From Candidatus Nezhaarchaeales archaeon (lineage in GTDB: Archaea; Thermoproteota; Methanomethylicia; Nezhaarchaeales; WYZ-LMO8), in assembly GCA_038887515.1 (NCBI GenBank), contig JAWAKK010000001.1, positions 224,001 through 288,000 on the forward strand: a stretch of 64,000 nucleotides of DNA. The letters are read 5' to 3'. The translations under genes and the position numbers were made by a program. Positions 10,278-20,232 of the stretch are shown here, one piece after another. A model generated the notes under the pieces. It saw only the letters and a list, made by a program, of their open reading frames with translations. It did not search any database and had not been told where the DNA came from. The first letter of the stretch is position 1. Every line of letters begins with the position of its first letter.

Positions 10278-11494
10278 TGGATGGAGAGGTTGAGAAAATG
10301 TGGATTTTTCCAGCCGAGCGAAGGAGGGTTCTAGAGGATTTCTATGACTTAATGATATTGTGCAACAAGTGTGGGTACTGCAAGTTTATTTATGCTCCAG
10401 AGGCGAAGGATGCGAGATTTGTGACTCAATGCCCGCGAGGAAACGTGTTTAAGCATCTAGCTTATTACGCTAGCGGAACTATGGAGGTAGCAAGAGGCAT
10501 CGTGGAGAAGAGGCTTAAGTGGAGCAAGACGATAGAACACGTACTGTATACATGTACAGACTGTTATCACTGCGAATTTTGGTGTAATGTAGCGATGCGG
10601 GTCTACCCACTCACGATAATGGAGATAATGAAGGAGACATACATAAAGGAAGTCTGCCTTCCAGATCACTACAAGTGCGTATTAGACAACTTAGAGAAGA
10701 ATCGTAACCCATATGGTGAACCGCACGAAAAGCGCTTTTCATGGCTTAGCAACCCATTGCCTCCGAAGAAGGCTGAACTCATGCTATTTATAGGAGACGA
10801 AGCTGCGTACAAGAATAGAAGCATCGCCTTAGCAGCGGTCAATATACTTCGAAGGTTAAAGGTAGACTTCGGTCTCCTATATGAAGACGAGTGGCATAGT
10901 GGGTACCTACTATTTAGAGGCGGGTTACGTGAAAAAGGCATGGAGATGGTTAAGCACAACTTTGAGGCATTAGTAAGGGCAGGTGCAAAGAGAGTGGTGG
11001 TAGTAAGCCCACATGATTATAGAACATTCAAAGTTGATGCTGAAAATAGCGGCCTACATCCAGACTTTGAAGTACAACACATACTAGAATTCCTTCATCC
11101 TCTAATAGAGGAAAATAAGAACGAATTTAAGATGCTCAACAGGAAGGTAACATACCATGATCCTTGTCAACTGGTAAGACACGTAATGCCGTTCAAGATT
11201 TCGGAACAGCCGCGAGAAATATTAAAAGCGCTAGGCATGGAGGTCGTCGAAATGCCGAGAAATAGGCTAAACGCGTACTGTTGCGGTGCGGGTGGGGGGG
11301 TCCCATTCGGTTACCCCAATGTGACTAAGCTCGTCGCTAGGGCTAGGCTAGCAGAGGCCGCTACAACTGGAGCTAAAGAAGTGGTCGTGTCGTGTCCATC
11401 ATGCGAAATGAGTTTAGGAGCAGTCTGCGGAGAATTCGGGTTATCGGTTAAACACATCCTCACGTTAATTCAAGAAGCTTTGGGTGGTCAGTAA
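10277..11494 (+). CDS. HdrD/GlpC/GlcF-like Fe-S protein (2x[4Fe-4S] plus CCG domains)
   Basis: CNKCGYC..CP and CTDCYHC...C motifs; C-terminal YHDPC, CCGAGG and SCPSC. The first CCG domain is degenerate. Confidence 0.9.
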   Translation: MDGEVEKMWIFPAERRRVLEDFYDLMILCNKCGYCKFIYAPEAKDARFVTQCPRGNVFKHLAYYASGTMEVARGIVEKRLKWSKTIEHVLYTCTDCYHCEFWCNVAMRVYPLTIMEIMKETYIKEVCLPDHYKCVLDNLEKNRNPYGEPHEKRFSWLSNPLPPKKAELMLFIGDEAAYKNRSIALAAVNILRRLKVDFGLLYEDEWHSGYLLFRGGLREKGMEMVKHNFEALVRAGAKRVVVVSPHDYRTFKVDAENSGLHPDFEVQHILEFLHPLIEENKNEFKMLNRKVTYHDPCQLVRHVMPFKISEQPREILKALGMEVVEMPRNRLNAYCCGAGGGVPFGYPNVTKLVARARLAEAATTGAKEVVVSCPSCEMSLGAVCGEFGLSVKHILTLIQEALGGQ

Positions 11495-12993
11495 TGAGTG
11501 ATGACAATAAAGTTGGTGTAGTAAAGAAAGTCCTAAGCGACATAGTGGGCGCTGAATGGGTCTCGGACGACCCCGCCATCCTCATAGCTTATTCACGCGA
11601 CTACGCGACATACATGAAGTTTAACTGGAAAAGCATATCCCCCCATCTCGTCGTTCTTCCGAGAACTGTTGACGAAGTGAAGGCCATAGTGAAGGTGGCT
11701 AGAGAATACAAAATACCGATAGTCCCCGTAGGCTCTTTTGGTAATCAATTTGCTTGGGGGGTTCCGAAAGCAGGTGGAATAATAGTCGATGTGTCCAGGA
11801 TGGACGAGATACTATGGATAGACGAAGACAACATGGTTGCAGTCGTGGAGGCTGGTTGTCCAATCTTCAAGTTACAAGCAGAAATGTTGAAGAGGAGAAT
11901 GTTTATACATCAACCCGGAGCGTGCTCCACATTTTTAATAGGATCTCACTATACTCACGGCATAGTTAACAAGGCAACCGCTAGGCTAGGATATGTAAAT
12001 CGCCAAATAGTTGGTTATGAAATGGTTCTTGGAGATGGTAGAGTCATCAGGACCGGGAGCTTAGCAAATTACTCTAACCCTAGAGCGCTATGGCCTCACG
12101 GTCCTGGTCCAGACCTTGGTCACTTGCCTAGGATGGCTCAAGGAACTCTAGGCATAGTAACTAAGGTCGCGGTAAGAGGACATCCGTTAGATGAAGAAAC
12201 GAAAATTATTCAGCCTGCTTTCAATGACGTCGATAGGGCGACGGCAGCTCTCGACGAAATAGTGAAGTCAGAGCTCACCACTGGAAGCTCAATGTACACA
12301 GGCTTTAAGTTCACTCAGTACTTCGCCGATACGCCTGAGAGCGCTGATAGGCTTGACAGGGTCAACCCAGAGTGGATGCTCATGCTGTCGTTGCAGGGGA
12401 CCAAGAGGTGGATAGAGTACGCTGAGAAAAGGGTTAGAGAAATTACTAAGAAACACGGCGGGCTAATAGTAACCGATAAGTTGCCATTCTATCAAATGTT
12501 TGCTGATGCTCAAATAAATCAGTCGTGCTCGCTCTTCTCCGAGTTTCCAATAAAGTATTGGTCATACCCAGGGACTGTTGGGGCTCCAGCCGGCATGGTG
12601 GTCTCGGCGCTCTACGACTTCCCGAAGTACTTCAAGTTGATGACGTTGCTATACCTTTACGATCCTATTCTCGGGGATCCAGACGAACTTGACGTGATGT
12701 GGAAGAGAGGTGCAATAATTTATCCGGAGCAGAACGGCCATTACGCGATGTTTGAGTTAATGATAGCTGGCCATCCAACGGATCCACGATTAATCAGAGA
12801 GGTAGCTCCACGGTTCGCTCCAAGGTATTTAAGAGCCCTCGTCAAGCTTGGATTAAGGCTGGACGCTAAATACGGACTTGCACGGCCTTGTGAAGTAGGT
12901 GTAATACCAACGTACATGGACCTTGCAAGGAGGTTGAAGAACCTACTCGATCCGGATGAAATAATGTCTCCAGGAGCATGGGAGGGCATTTAG
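11494..12993 (+). CDS. FAD-binding oxidoreductase (VAO/PCMH/GlcD superfamily), subunit 2
   Basis: VVLPRTVDEV, VDVSRMDEILWIDE, GPGPDL, QGTLGIVTK and DPDEIMSPG motifs. Confidence 0.9.
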   Translation: MSDDNKVGVVKKVLSDIVGAEWVSDDPAILIAYSRDYATYMKFNWKSISPHLVVLPRTVDEVKAIVKVAREYKIPIVPVGSFGNQFAWGVPKAGGIIVDVSRMDEILWIDEDNMVAVVEAGCPIFKLQAEMLKRRMFIHQPGACSTFLIGSHYTHGIVNKATARLGYVNRQIVGYEMVLGDGRVIRTGSLANYSNPRALWPHGPGPDLGHLPRMAQGTLGIVTKVAVRGHPLDEETKIIQPAFNDVDRATAALDEIVKSELTTGSSMYTGFKFTQYFADTPESADRLDRVNPEWMLMLSLQGTKRWIEYAEKRVREITKKHGGLIVTDKLPFYQMFADAQINQSCSLFSEFPIKYWSYPGTVGAPAGMVVSALYDFPKYFKLMTLLYLYDPILGDPDELDVMWKRGAIIYPEQNGHYAMFELMIAGHPTDPRLIREVAPRFAPRYLRALVKLGLRLDAKYGLARPCEVGVIPTYMDLARRLKNLLDPDEIMSPGAWEGI

Positions 12994-13005
12994 GGGCTGA
13001 GAAAG

Positions 13006-13224
13006 ATGGTTAACCCAATAGACCCCCTTGAGCTAAGCGAAGAGGTCATAGAGAGAACGGACGTTAACGAATACCTATGGAATGTGTATCGCGAGAAGCT
13101 GCTTTCAAAGCCCAGGAAGAAGAAGTATTGGCAAAAGGAATACGAATATCGTCAAAGAGTTCTAAAGGTATTAGAGGAAATAAGGGACCTCAAAAGTTCC
13201 CTACCTGAAGAAAACGTGAAGTAG
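13006..13224 (+). CDS. Small hypothetical protein, last gene of the flavoprotein operon
   Basis: 72 aa, 12 nt after the upstream stop, with GGGGCTGAGAAAG SD-like spacing. Confidence 0.65.
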   Translation: MVNPIDPLELSEEVIERTDVNEYLWNVYREKLLSKPRKKKYWQKEYEYRQRVLKVLEEIRDLKSSLPEENVK

Positions 13225-13623
13225 AGCCAAGTGACTGTGAAAAACCTAAAACAAACAGCCGCCTTTCTTCCCACAATTCCTATAAATACCTAGACAATTA
13301 TAAGTTCACGTGCGTTCAAAACTTCAAGCGCAATGCTTAGCTATGCAAGATAATGATAAGATTAGCAACAAGCTTTTTCCATAAATATTCGAATTATAAT
13401 TGCTCCTCGCCCTCTTAATACGGAAGGTACTTTAAGTAAGCAACATGACTTAAAATTTTACCTGACGACTCCTTTGATGTCAACGAGTCTTCAACGTCCT
13501 GCCCTACTTTCGATATCGTTCATAATAGATGAAAGTGAGTGGACATGTCCAATTGCTATGTGCAAGACGATATTGTTGCTTAAAGCTTAAAAAACCTTAA
13601 GAGAAAGGTTTAAAAGAAATTTC

Positions 13624-13640
13624 GGTTGGATAATCCGACC
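13624..13640. promoter_or_regulatory. 17-bp imperfect palindrome (candidate repressor operator) just downstream of the btuF TATA box
   Basis: GGTTGGATAATCCGACC after GAAAGG-TTTAAAAG (TATA at 13609-13616); similar copies at 53844 and 54094. Confidence 0.6.
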
Positions 13641-13642
13641 AA

Positions 13643-14695
13643 GTGATTCCTATGAATTTAAGGTATGTGGCTATAATATTAGTAGCTGTTATAGTGGTTG
13701 AGGCTTTAGCAATCGGTTACATGGCCCTTAACAATAACCAGCTTAGTGAAACACTTTCACAGCTTCAAAGCGAATATCGGAAGCTTCAAAGCGAATACCA
13801 AGCCCTCGTAGGCGAGTACAGGCAGTTCACGACTGCTATATACCCCCTGACGTTGATTGACGATGCGAATAGAGTCATAACAATAAGTTCAGAACCTCTC
13901 AGAATAGTATCTTTAGCTCCTTCTATAACCGAAATTCTCTTCACTTTAAACTTGAGCGATAGGGTCCTCGGGGTAACAATGTTCTGCGACTATCCTCCAA
14001 TAGTTAACGAAATGAAGGAGAAAGGAAGATTAACAGTTATAGGCGGCTACTGGGATCCTGATGCCGAGAAGATAATAGGACTACGACCAGATCTCGTGAT
14101 AGGTTACGCATCAGTCTCACCACACGTCGACCTCGCTGAGAGGCTAACAGCTTTAAACATAACCGTTATGCTCTTGTACCCGCATAATTTGCACGAAGTC
14201 TTCAACAACATAATCTTAATAGGGAAAGCTACTGGGAAACTCGTGGAAGCACAGAAGCTAGTTCAACAGCTTGAAGCTAGGGTCAATAGCACCATCGAAA
14301 AGATCAAGAACTTACCTAAGATCAAGGTATACTACGAAATATGGTTTGACCCGATATGGACTACAGGCCCTGGCACTTTCATAGACGAGCTCATATCGTT
14401 AGCCGGAGGTATAAACGTGTTTGGCGACGCTAAGACCATGGGGGTTGTAGTTAGTTATGAGGACGTAGTAAACAGGAACCCGGACGTAATTGTGCTTCCC
14501 GATACTTACATGAAGGAGTTCAGCATCTCAAAGGAACAAGTGATCTCAAGACCTGGGTGGTCTGCGATAAATGCCGTCAAGAACGACAGGATATACTTCA
14601 TAGATGAAGACATAGTAGTGAGACCTGGACCTCGATTAGTTGAAGGTCTAGAGGTTTTGGCGAGGTTAATACATCCAGAGGCGTTTGGTGGTTGA
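13643..14695 (+). CDS. btuF: Cobalamin/Fe-siderophore ABC transporter substrate-binding protein (BtuF-like)
   Basis: N-terminal TM helix plus coiled coil, then RIVSLAPSITEILF, CDYPP, TFIDELISLAGG and RPGPRLVEGLE. Confidence 0.88.
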   Translation: MIPMNLRYVAIILVAVIVVEALAIGYMALNNNQLSETLSQLQSEYRKLQSEYQALVGEYRQFTTAIYPLTLIDDANRVITISSEPLRIVSLAPSITEILFTLNLSDRVLGVTMFCDYPPIVNEMKEKGRLTVIGGYWDPDAEKIIGLRPDLVIGYASVSPHVDLAERLTALNITVMLLYPHNLHEVFNNIILIGKATGKLVEAQKLVQQLEARVNSTIEKIKNLPKIKVYYEIWFDPIWTTGPGTFIDELISLAGGINVFGDAKTMGVVVSYEDVVNRNPDVIVLPDTYMKEFSISKEQVISRPGWSAINAVKNDRIYFIDEDIVVRPGPRLVEGLEVLARLIHPEAFGG

Positions 14696-15741
14696 CGCTA
14701 GAACACATAGAGGCTAGGAGACGTAGATGGAAGCTATACATGACGTCATTAGGAGTACTACTACTAACTACATTTTTTTCCATATGCATAGGTTCATCGC
14801 TTATACCATTTGAGGAAACGTTAAAGGTGTTTTTTAAATGGCTCTTGCCGTCTATGAATGTAGACCCGCTATACGAACAGATAATTTGGACCATCAGGTT
14901 ACCGAGGGTACTGATGGGCTGCATGGTTGGAGCAGCTTTATCGCTCGCAGGCGCACTACTTCAAGGTATATTTAGGAATCCTATGGCCGACCCCTATGTT
15001 ATAGGGGTCTCGTCGGGTGCTGCTTTAGGTGCATCTATAGCTATAGTGCTAGGCTTCGGCTTCACAATCTTTGGTTCAGCTGCCATATCATCTATGGCCT
15101 TCATATTCGCCATGACATCATTGATCATAGTTTATAGCTTGAGCCGCGTAGGCGGTAAGGTCCCAGTAATGACCTTACTCTTATCCGGTATAGCTGTCGG
15201 CATACTTTTTTCGGCAATAACATCCTTCCTCTCGCTGTTTGTAGGCGAGAAGCTAGCTAACGTTTACTTTTGGTTGCTTGGCAACTTGTCTAAGTCTGAG
15301 TGGAACCACGTAGTAGTTTCGGCGCCGGTGTTGATATCATGTAGCGTAGTTGCAATGCTTTACGCTAGAGACCTAAATTTAATGTCTATGGGCGAAGATA
15401 CCGCCATAAGCCTCGGTATAGACGTCGAAAACACTAAACTTGTACTAATAACAATTAGTTCCCTCATGACTTCAATAGCCGTCTCCTTCACTGGGATGAT
15501 AGCTTTCGTAGGTCTCATGGTTCCCCACATAGTAAGACTCATAGTAGGTCCGGATCATAGAGTCCTGCTTCCTTGCTCGACGCTCTTTGGGGCCCTCTTC
15601 TTAATTGTATGCGATGACATGGCAAGGGCATTTGCTTTAATTACTTCAACTCAAATACCTGTAGGCATAATAACAGCCTTGGCTGGAGGTCCCTTCTTCA
15701 TATACCTCTTAAGGCGCAGGAAGAAGGAATATTCCCTTTAA
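14692..15741 (+). CDS. btuC: FecCD/BtuC family ABC permease
   Basis: IRLPRV, QGIFRNPMADPYVIGVSSGA, GMIAFVGLMVPHIVR and PVGIITALAGGPFF motifs. Confidence 0.92.
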   Translation: MTLEHIEARRRRWKLYMTSLGVLLLTTFFSICIGSSLIPFEETLKVFFKWLLPSMNVDPLYEQIIWTIRLPRVLMGCMVGAALSLAGALLQGIFRNPMADPYVIGVSSGAALGASIAIVLGFGFTIFGSAAISSMAFIFAMTSLIIVYSLSRVGGKVPVMTLLLSGIAVGILFSAITSFLSLFVGEKLANVYFWLLGNLSKSEWNHVVVSAPVLISCSVVAMLYARDLNLMSMGEDTAISLGIDVENTKLVLITISSLMTSIAVSFTGMIAFVGLMVPHIVRLIVGPDHRVLLPCSTLFGALFLIVCDDMARAFALITSTQIPVGIITALAGGPFFIYLLRRRKKEYSL

Positions 15742-15818
15742 GAGCTCTATGATTGTTGACTAAGCAACGCAAATTCAATAATAGATTTGACGAATTAGAA
15801 TTTGTGACCCTCAAAGTC

Positions 15819-16262
15819 TTAATGACTTTGACCCTCTAATAACTTCTCAAGTCCTCCTCTCTCCACATAGTCCTTAAGCTCAGTTAAGCTCCTTAACACA
15901 ACGTCTGAGTGTAGTGTTATCCAGGGACTTGGATTATCGAACTCTATTATTGAAATTACTTTCTTGCCCTTCAGTTTAGCATAGAACAATTCCATACAGG
16001 CTCCAGCCGAAATCTTAGGCAGATAGGCTATCAAGACATCACACCTCTCAACATCCCTTAAATCTCTATCTATGAAGTCTCTAGGTTGAGCCTTCTTCCA
16101 CCATTCTCCTTCAATAGCTCTATAAATTACTCTTTCCCTTTCCCACGGATCTATAACTTCGTAACCTCTGGCTTCGAGGATCCTTCTTATCTTGGCTCTA
16201 TACTCTTGCCTATCTTCCATGCCCTGTATAGGTCCAGCCACGAAGACTCTAATCATAATCAT
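15819..16262 (-). CDS. Nucleoside 2-deoxyribosyltransferase-like protein
   Basis: VFVAGPI, RDLRDVERCDVLIAY and SAGACMELFYA motifs. Confidence 0.8.
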   Translation of the reverse strand: MIMIRVFVAGPIQGMEDRQEYRAKIRRILEARGYEVIDPWERERVIYRAIEGEWWKKAQPRDFIDRDLRDVERCDVLIAYLPKISAGACMELFYAKLKGKKVISIIEFDNPSPWITLHSDVVLRSLTELKDYVERGGLEKLLEGQSH

Positions 16263-16374
16263 TCACCGGCATCGATTCAATACTGCTTTTAGGAGTTTGG
16301 GAAGCAAGGATGTAGGTAAGCTCGATAGCCCAAAAAGTTTAAGGATGGTATAAGTTGGCAACGTAAAAAATCAT

Positions 16375-17277
16375 TTAGAAGCGCGATATTTTAAATCTCG
16401 GGTGAGTTGATGGCGGACGTTTTCCATCTTCCATCAGTACTTGACCATAGGCTGCGCTTATAATAGCTATCGCGGGAACAATGAATTCTGCTTCGTGTAT
16501 AGGACCGAAGAACACGAAGTCCCCTCCAATGGCTATTGGCAACCCACTTACGATTGCGGAGCAGGCAGCTGTTAGAGCTATGTTCTTTTTCTGTTTGAGA
16601 GACCTCCACAGTGCAATAGCGTTGTGAGCTCCACAGCCACAAGGATAACCGTAGCGGCTCTTAATTTCGTAAATCGCTTTACAAGCTAGCCCGAGCGTTG
16701 CAAGGTCCATCACTACCGTGTCTATCATTATCTTCTCTATCCCAAAGCTCTTCATTTTAGGGATTAAAACGTCGAGTAGCCTTATCCTCTCTTTGTAAGA
16801 TATTATAGCCTTAGAACTGTAGGTAAGTGCGACCGCCGCTTTAAGCCCAACTTCTTTGGCTTTTTGATATACGTGCTCTTTAGTCTCGGGGTTAAAGGAG
16901 TTTAGAAGCGTTCTATCTAGTATTCCAAGTTCTTTAGCGGTTTGTAGACCACTGATAGCAGCTTCATCGGTTACGTAGTCTATCAGTATTGGTATCTTAG
17001 TTGCATCGGCGGCGAACTCTATGCGTCTCTTTGCGTTTTCAGCGTTAGTACAAACTACGTCAAGCATGCATGGAAGTCCAACCTTATCACATACCTCTTG
17101 GTATTTTGCAATTAAGTCTTGCGCGGCTTCCTTATCTATATTGCCGCTCTCGTCCGAAGTTTTATCGTCTTTAAAGAATATACTGCCTATGACCACTGTG
17201 GGGTACTCTCCAGGCTGTCCACCAACTTTGACACCTGCAATGTCAAAGGTCAATTGGTCCTTCTCAAACTTAAACAC
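16375..17277 (-). CDS. mtrH: Stand-alone MtrH-family corrinoid:tetrahydropterin methyltransferase (MtoA/MtgA-like)
   Basis: MFKFEKDQ...GVKVGGQPGEYPTVVIGSIF, GYPCGCGAHNA and GGDFVFFGPI motifs; no other mtr subunits nearby. Confidence 0.9.
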   Translation of the reverse strand: MFKFEKDQLTFDIAGVKVGGQPGEYPTVVIGSIFFKDDKTSDESGNIDKEAAQDLIAKYQEVCDKVGLPCMLDVVCTNAENAKRRIEFAADATKIPILIDYVTDEAAISGLQTAKELGILDRTLLNSFNPETKEHVYQKAKEVGLKAAVALTYSSKAIISYKERIRLLDVLIPKMKSFGIEKIMIDTVVMDLATLGLACKAIYEIKSRYGYPCGCGAHNAIALWRSLKQKKNIALTAACSAIVSGLPIAIGGDFVFFGPIHEAEFIVPAIAIISAAYGQVLMEDGKRPPSTHPRFKISRF

Positions 17278-17417
17278 AGCACTTAACCCCCAATGTATAT
17301 AACGGAGAGAGTTGCTTCGGCTCGCTTAAAAAGCCTTTCTATAAGCGTAGGGAGGATGAACTCGATGTTAAGCATATTAAGGGCTCAGCATCTTTACATA
17401 ACTCCAGTTGACCATAT

Positions 17418-19331
17418 ATGACGTTAGAACACAAAACCTCTAAAAAAGTAATGGTCCGCTTTGAACCTCAAGGAAGGAAGGTATCAGTAGAGCAGGGGTT
17501 AACAATTTTAGAAGTTGCGCAGAAAGCTGGTGTTGGAATTAGGAGTGAGTGTGGTGGCCGAGGACTATGTGGGAAGTGTTTAGTTGTAGTTGAAGATCAA
17601 TCAAACTTGAACCCGATATCAATTATTGAACTGCAACAAGTACCTAGAGACAAACTTAAGCTAGGATACAGGCTTGCATGTCAAAGCATTGTCAAAGGCG
17701 ATGTAATGATATTCATCCCACCAGAAAGTAGAATGGAAACAAGGAGAATATTAAGTGAGGGGGCTGAAGAGACCTTCATGCTGGATCCGTCAGTCAAGAA
17801 AATTTACCTATCGTTGCCAAAGCCTAGCCTACAGGACGTTACTCCCGACCTAGAAAGACTTTGTTATCTATTGAGTGAAATGGGAATAGTTGGTGTTGAT
17901 ATAGATCATAAACTAATACAGGCGTTGCCATTGATCTTGAGGCAAGCCGACTGGAAGGTTACAATTACCCTATGGATGGATAAAGAAATAATAGCTATAG
18001 AGGAGGGAAATAAGACCAGCGAAATATACGGCATCTCTGTAGATATAGGCACGTCAAAGATTGTCTTACACTTAGTGAATCTTGCTTCTGGTGAAACTAC
18101 CTCCGTAAAATCTATGGAGAATCCGCAAATAGCCTACGGAGAGGACGTCATCTCGAGGATAAGCTATGCCTCCTTCAATGAGGGAGGGTTGAGAAGGTTG
18201 CAAGAAATCGTAGTTGAAGCCATAAATTCGCTCATAGAAGAAGCGTGCCGAGAAGCCGGCGTAAAGAAAGATAACATATATGAGATAACGGTCGTAGGAA
18301 ACACGGCAATGCACCACATCTTCTTGGGGTACTCACCGAAACAGCTCGCTATCGCGCCATACGTCCCAGTTGTTAAGCGGCCGATAAATGTGAAGGCCGA
18401 GTGCCTGAACCTCAAGGTAAACCCGCTGGCCAACGTCCACGTGCTTCCAATTATAGCTGGTTTCGTGGGCGCTGACGCAGTTGCAGATGTTTTGGCTACG
18501 AGAATTTATGAACTCGATGAAATAAGCTTGCTAATAGACATTGGGACTAACAGTGAAGTCTTCGTAGGTAATAGGGAGGATATAATTTCATGCTCATGCG
18601 CTGCCGGCCCAGCATTCGAAGGGATGCACATAGAGCACGGTATGAAGGCGGTGACGGGAGCTATCGAGAAGGTTAGGATAGACCCTAAAGACTATGAGGT
18701 GGACTATGAAACTATCAATAGTGCTAAGCCTATAGGGATTTGTGGCTCAGCGATAATAGATGCCATTGCCGAGATGTTTAAGTGCGGGATAATAGATAGC
18801 CGCGGACGCTTCAAACGAGACGTCCAATCAAAGCGCTTACGTAGCGAGAATGGTAGGCTAAAATTTGTGATAGCTTGGAGGGAGGAGACCGGAACTGGCC
18901 ACGATATAACCATTAGCGAGAGGGATATACAAGAAATCATATTAGCGAAGGCGGCAATACGTACTGGTATATCGATACTAATGAAGGAGAAGAATTTGAA
19001 GGAAAAGGACTTAGATCGCATATACGTTGCCGGAGCCTTTGGAAACTACTTAAACCCTGAAAGCGCGTTATTCGTAGGCTTATTCCCCGATGTCGACTTA
19101 AGCAAGATAAGATTCGTCGGCAACGCAGCAATAACTGGAGCAAAGCTTTGTCTACTTTCAAAGAATATGAGGAAAAGCGCTGAATACCTTTCAAACACCA
19201 TCCGCTACGTCGAGCTAACGATACATCCGGACTTTCATAGAGAATTCGTCGAGGCCCTTTTCATTCCACATCGAGATATAAACAGGTACCCGACCGTAGC
19301 GAGGTATTTGGGCAAAAAATTAACCACCTAG
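17418..19331 (+). CDS. ATP-dependent reductive activator of corrinoid proteins (RACo/RamA-like, ASKHA, N-terminal 2Fe-2S)
   Basis: CGGRGLCGKC...RLACQ, DIGTS, NPQ..YGEDVISRI, IDIGTNSE, AAGPAFEG, GICGS and AGAFGNY motifs. Confidence 0.95.
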   Translation: MTLEHKTSKKVMVRFEPQGRKVSVEQGLTILEVAQKAGVGIRSECGGRGLCGKCLVVVEDQSNLNPISIIELQQVPRDKLKLGYRLACQSIVKGDVMIFIPPESRMETRRILSEGAEETFMLDPSVKKIYLSLPKPSLQDVTPDLERLCYLLSEMGIVGVDIDHKLIQALPLILRQADWKVTITLWMDKEIIAIEEGNKTSEIYGISVDIGTSKIVLHLVNLASGETTSVKSMENPQIAYGEDVISRISYASFNEGGLRRLQEIVVEAINSLIEEACREAGVKKDNIYEITVVGNTAMHHIFLGYSPKQLAIAPYVPVVKRPINVKAECLNLKVNPLANVHVLPIIAGFVGADAVADVLATRIYELDEISLLIDIGTNSEVFVGNREDIISCSCAAGPAFEGMHIEHGMKAVTGAIEKVRIDPKDYEVDYETINSAKPIGICGSAIIDAIAEMFKCGIIDSRGRFKRDVQSKRLRSENGRLKFVIAWREETGTGHDITISERDIQEIILAKAAIRTGISILMKEKNLKEKDLDRIYVAGAFGNYLNPESALFVGLFPDVDLSKIRFVGNAAITGAKLCLLSKNMRKSAEYLSNTIRYVELTIHPDFHREFVEALFIPHRDINRYPTVARYLGKKLTT

Positions 19332-19566
19332 GATTGGGCAGTTCTTTTGGAAAGGCTTCGAATTTTATGTTAACAAAGAAGTTTATCGTCCAAAGCTTAC
19401 AGTTATCCGTTTGACTTTTTATAGATGCCTAGACTTACGTTAAATTGATCGTTGAGTCGCTTAACTAATGCTTGCAATCGGCATCCTACATTGATCGTTA
19501 AAAGCGTAAAAACATATTTAAATGTAAAATGAGCGTAAAAAGTAAACCCCCAGGAGGTTCAGTAAA

Positions 19567-20232
19567 ATGTGTCCTACTATCGAAAATGAACTAAAAGAAT
19601 TATTGAAAGCAATAGTGGATCTCGAAGAGGGCAGGGCTATCGAAATAACGAAGAGGCTCGTAGAGTCCGGTGTAGACCCAGTAAGGATACTGGATTGCGT
19701 TCGAGAAGCATCTGAAGAGATAGGGAAGAGATTTGAAAGCGGAGAGTACTTCGTGGCCGACTTAGTGATGGCAGGAGAGATATTGAAAGGAATAAGTGAA
19801 ATAGTGAGACCTAAGCTCAAAGAGTTTGGGAAGTCCAGAGAAGTAATAGGTAGACTATTAATAGGAACTGTTGAGGGAGACATACATGACATAGGTAAGA
19901 AGATCGTTATAACGATGGCTGAAGCCGCTGGGTTCGAAGTCCTCGATATAGGGGAAGATGTGCCCCCACAGAAGTTTGTTGAAGCGATAAAGGAGTTCAA
20001 CCCCGACATAGTTGGAATGTCCGGTTTACTTACGCTAGTAATAGACTCAATGAAGAGGACAGTCGACGCAATAAAGGCTGCAGGTCTTAGAGACAAGGTG
20101 AAAATAATAATCGGAGGTGGAAGGGTGGACGAGCATGCCAAGGAATACACCGGCGCAGATGCTTGGACAAACGATGCTGCGTCGGGAGTAAGAACGATGG
20201 TGAAATGGATGGAGGAGAGGAAAAGGAAATGA
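19567..20232 (+). CDS. Corrinoid (B12-binding) methyl-carrier protein (MtaC/MtoC-like)
   Basis: GTVEGDIHDIGK (DxHxxG), GMSGLL and IIGGG motifs; GGAGG SD upstream. Confidence 0.95.
   Translation: MCPTIENELKELLKAIVDLEEGRAIEITKRLVESGVDPVRILDCVREASEEIGKRFESGEYFVADLVMAGEILKGISEIVRPKLKEFGKSREVIGRLLIGTVEGDIHDIGKKIVITMAEAAGFEVLDIGEDVPPQKFVEAIKEFNPDIVGMSGLLTLVIDSMKRTVDAIKAAGLRDKVKIIIGGGRVDEHAKEYTGADAWTNDAASGVRTMVKWMEERKRK

Noticed and set aside
10277-11494. Heterodisulfide reductase HdrD
   Set aside because: Only one intact CCG cluster and no HdrE/A/C partner.
13225-13620. Cobalamin riboswitch upstream of btuF
   Set aside because: AT-rich with no recognisable B12-box, and the TATA box lies only about 30 nt before the start, leaving no room for a leader.
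16375-17277. MtrH as evidence of a membrane Mtr complex or methanogenesis
   Set aside because: No mtrA-G or mcr genes in the window; the context is a soluble corrinoid methyltransferase module.
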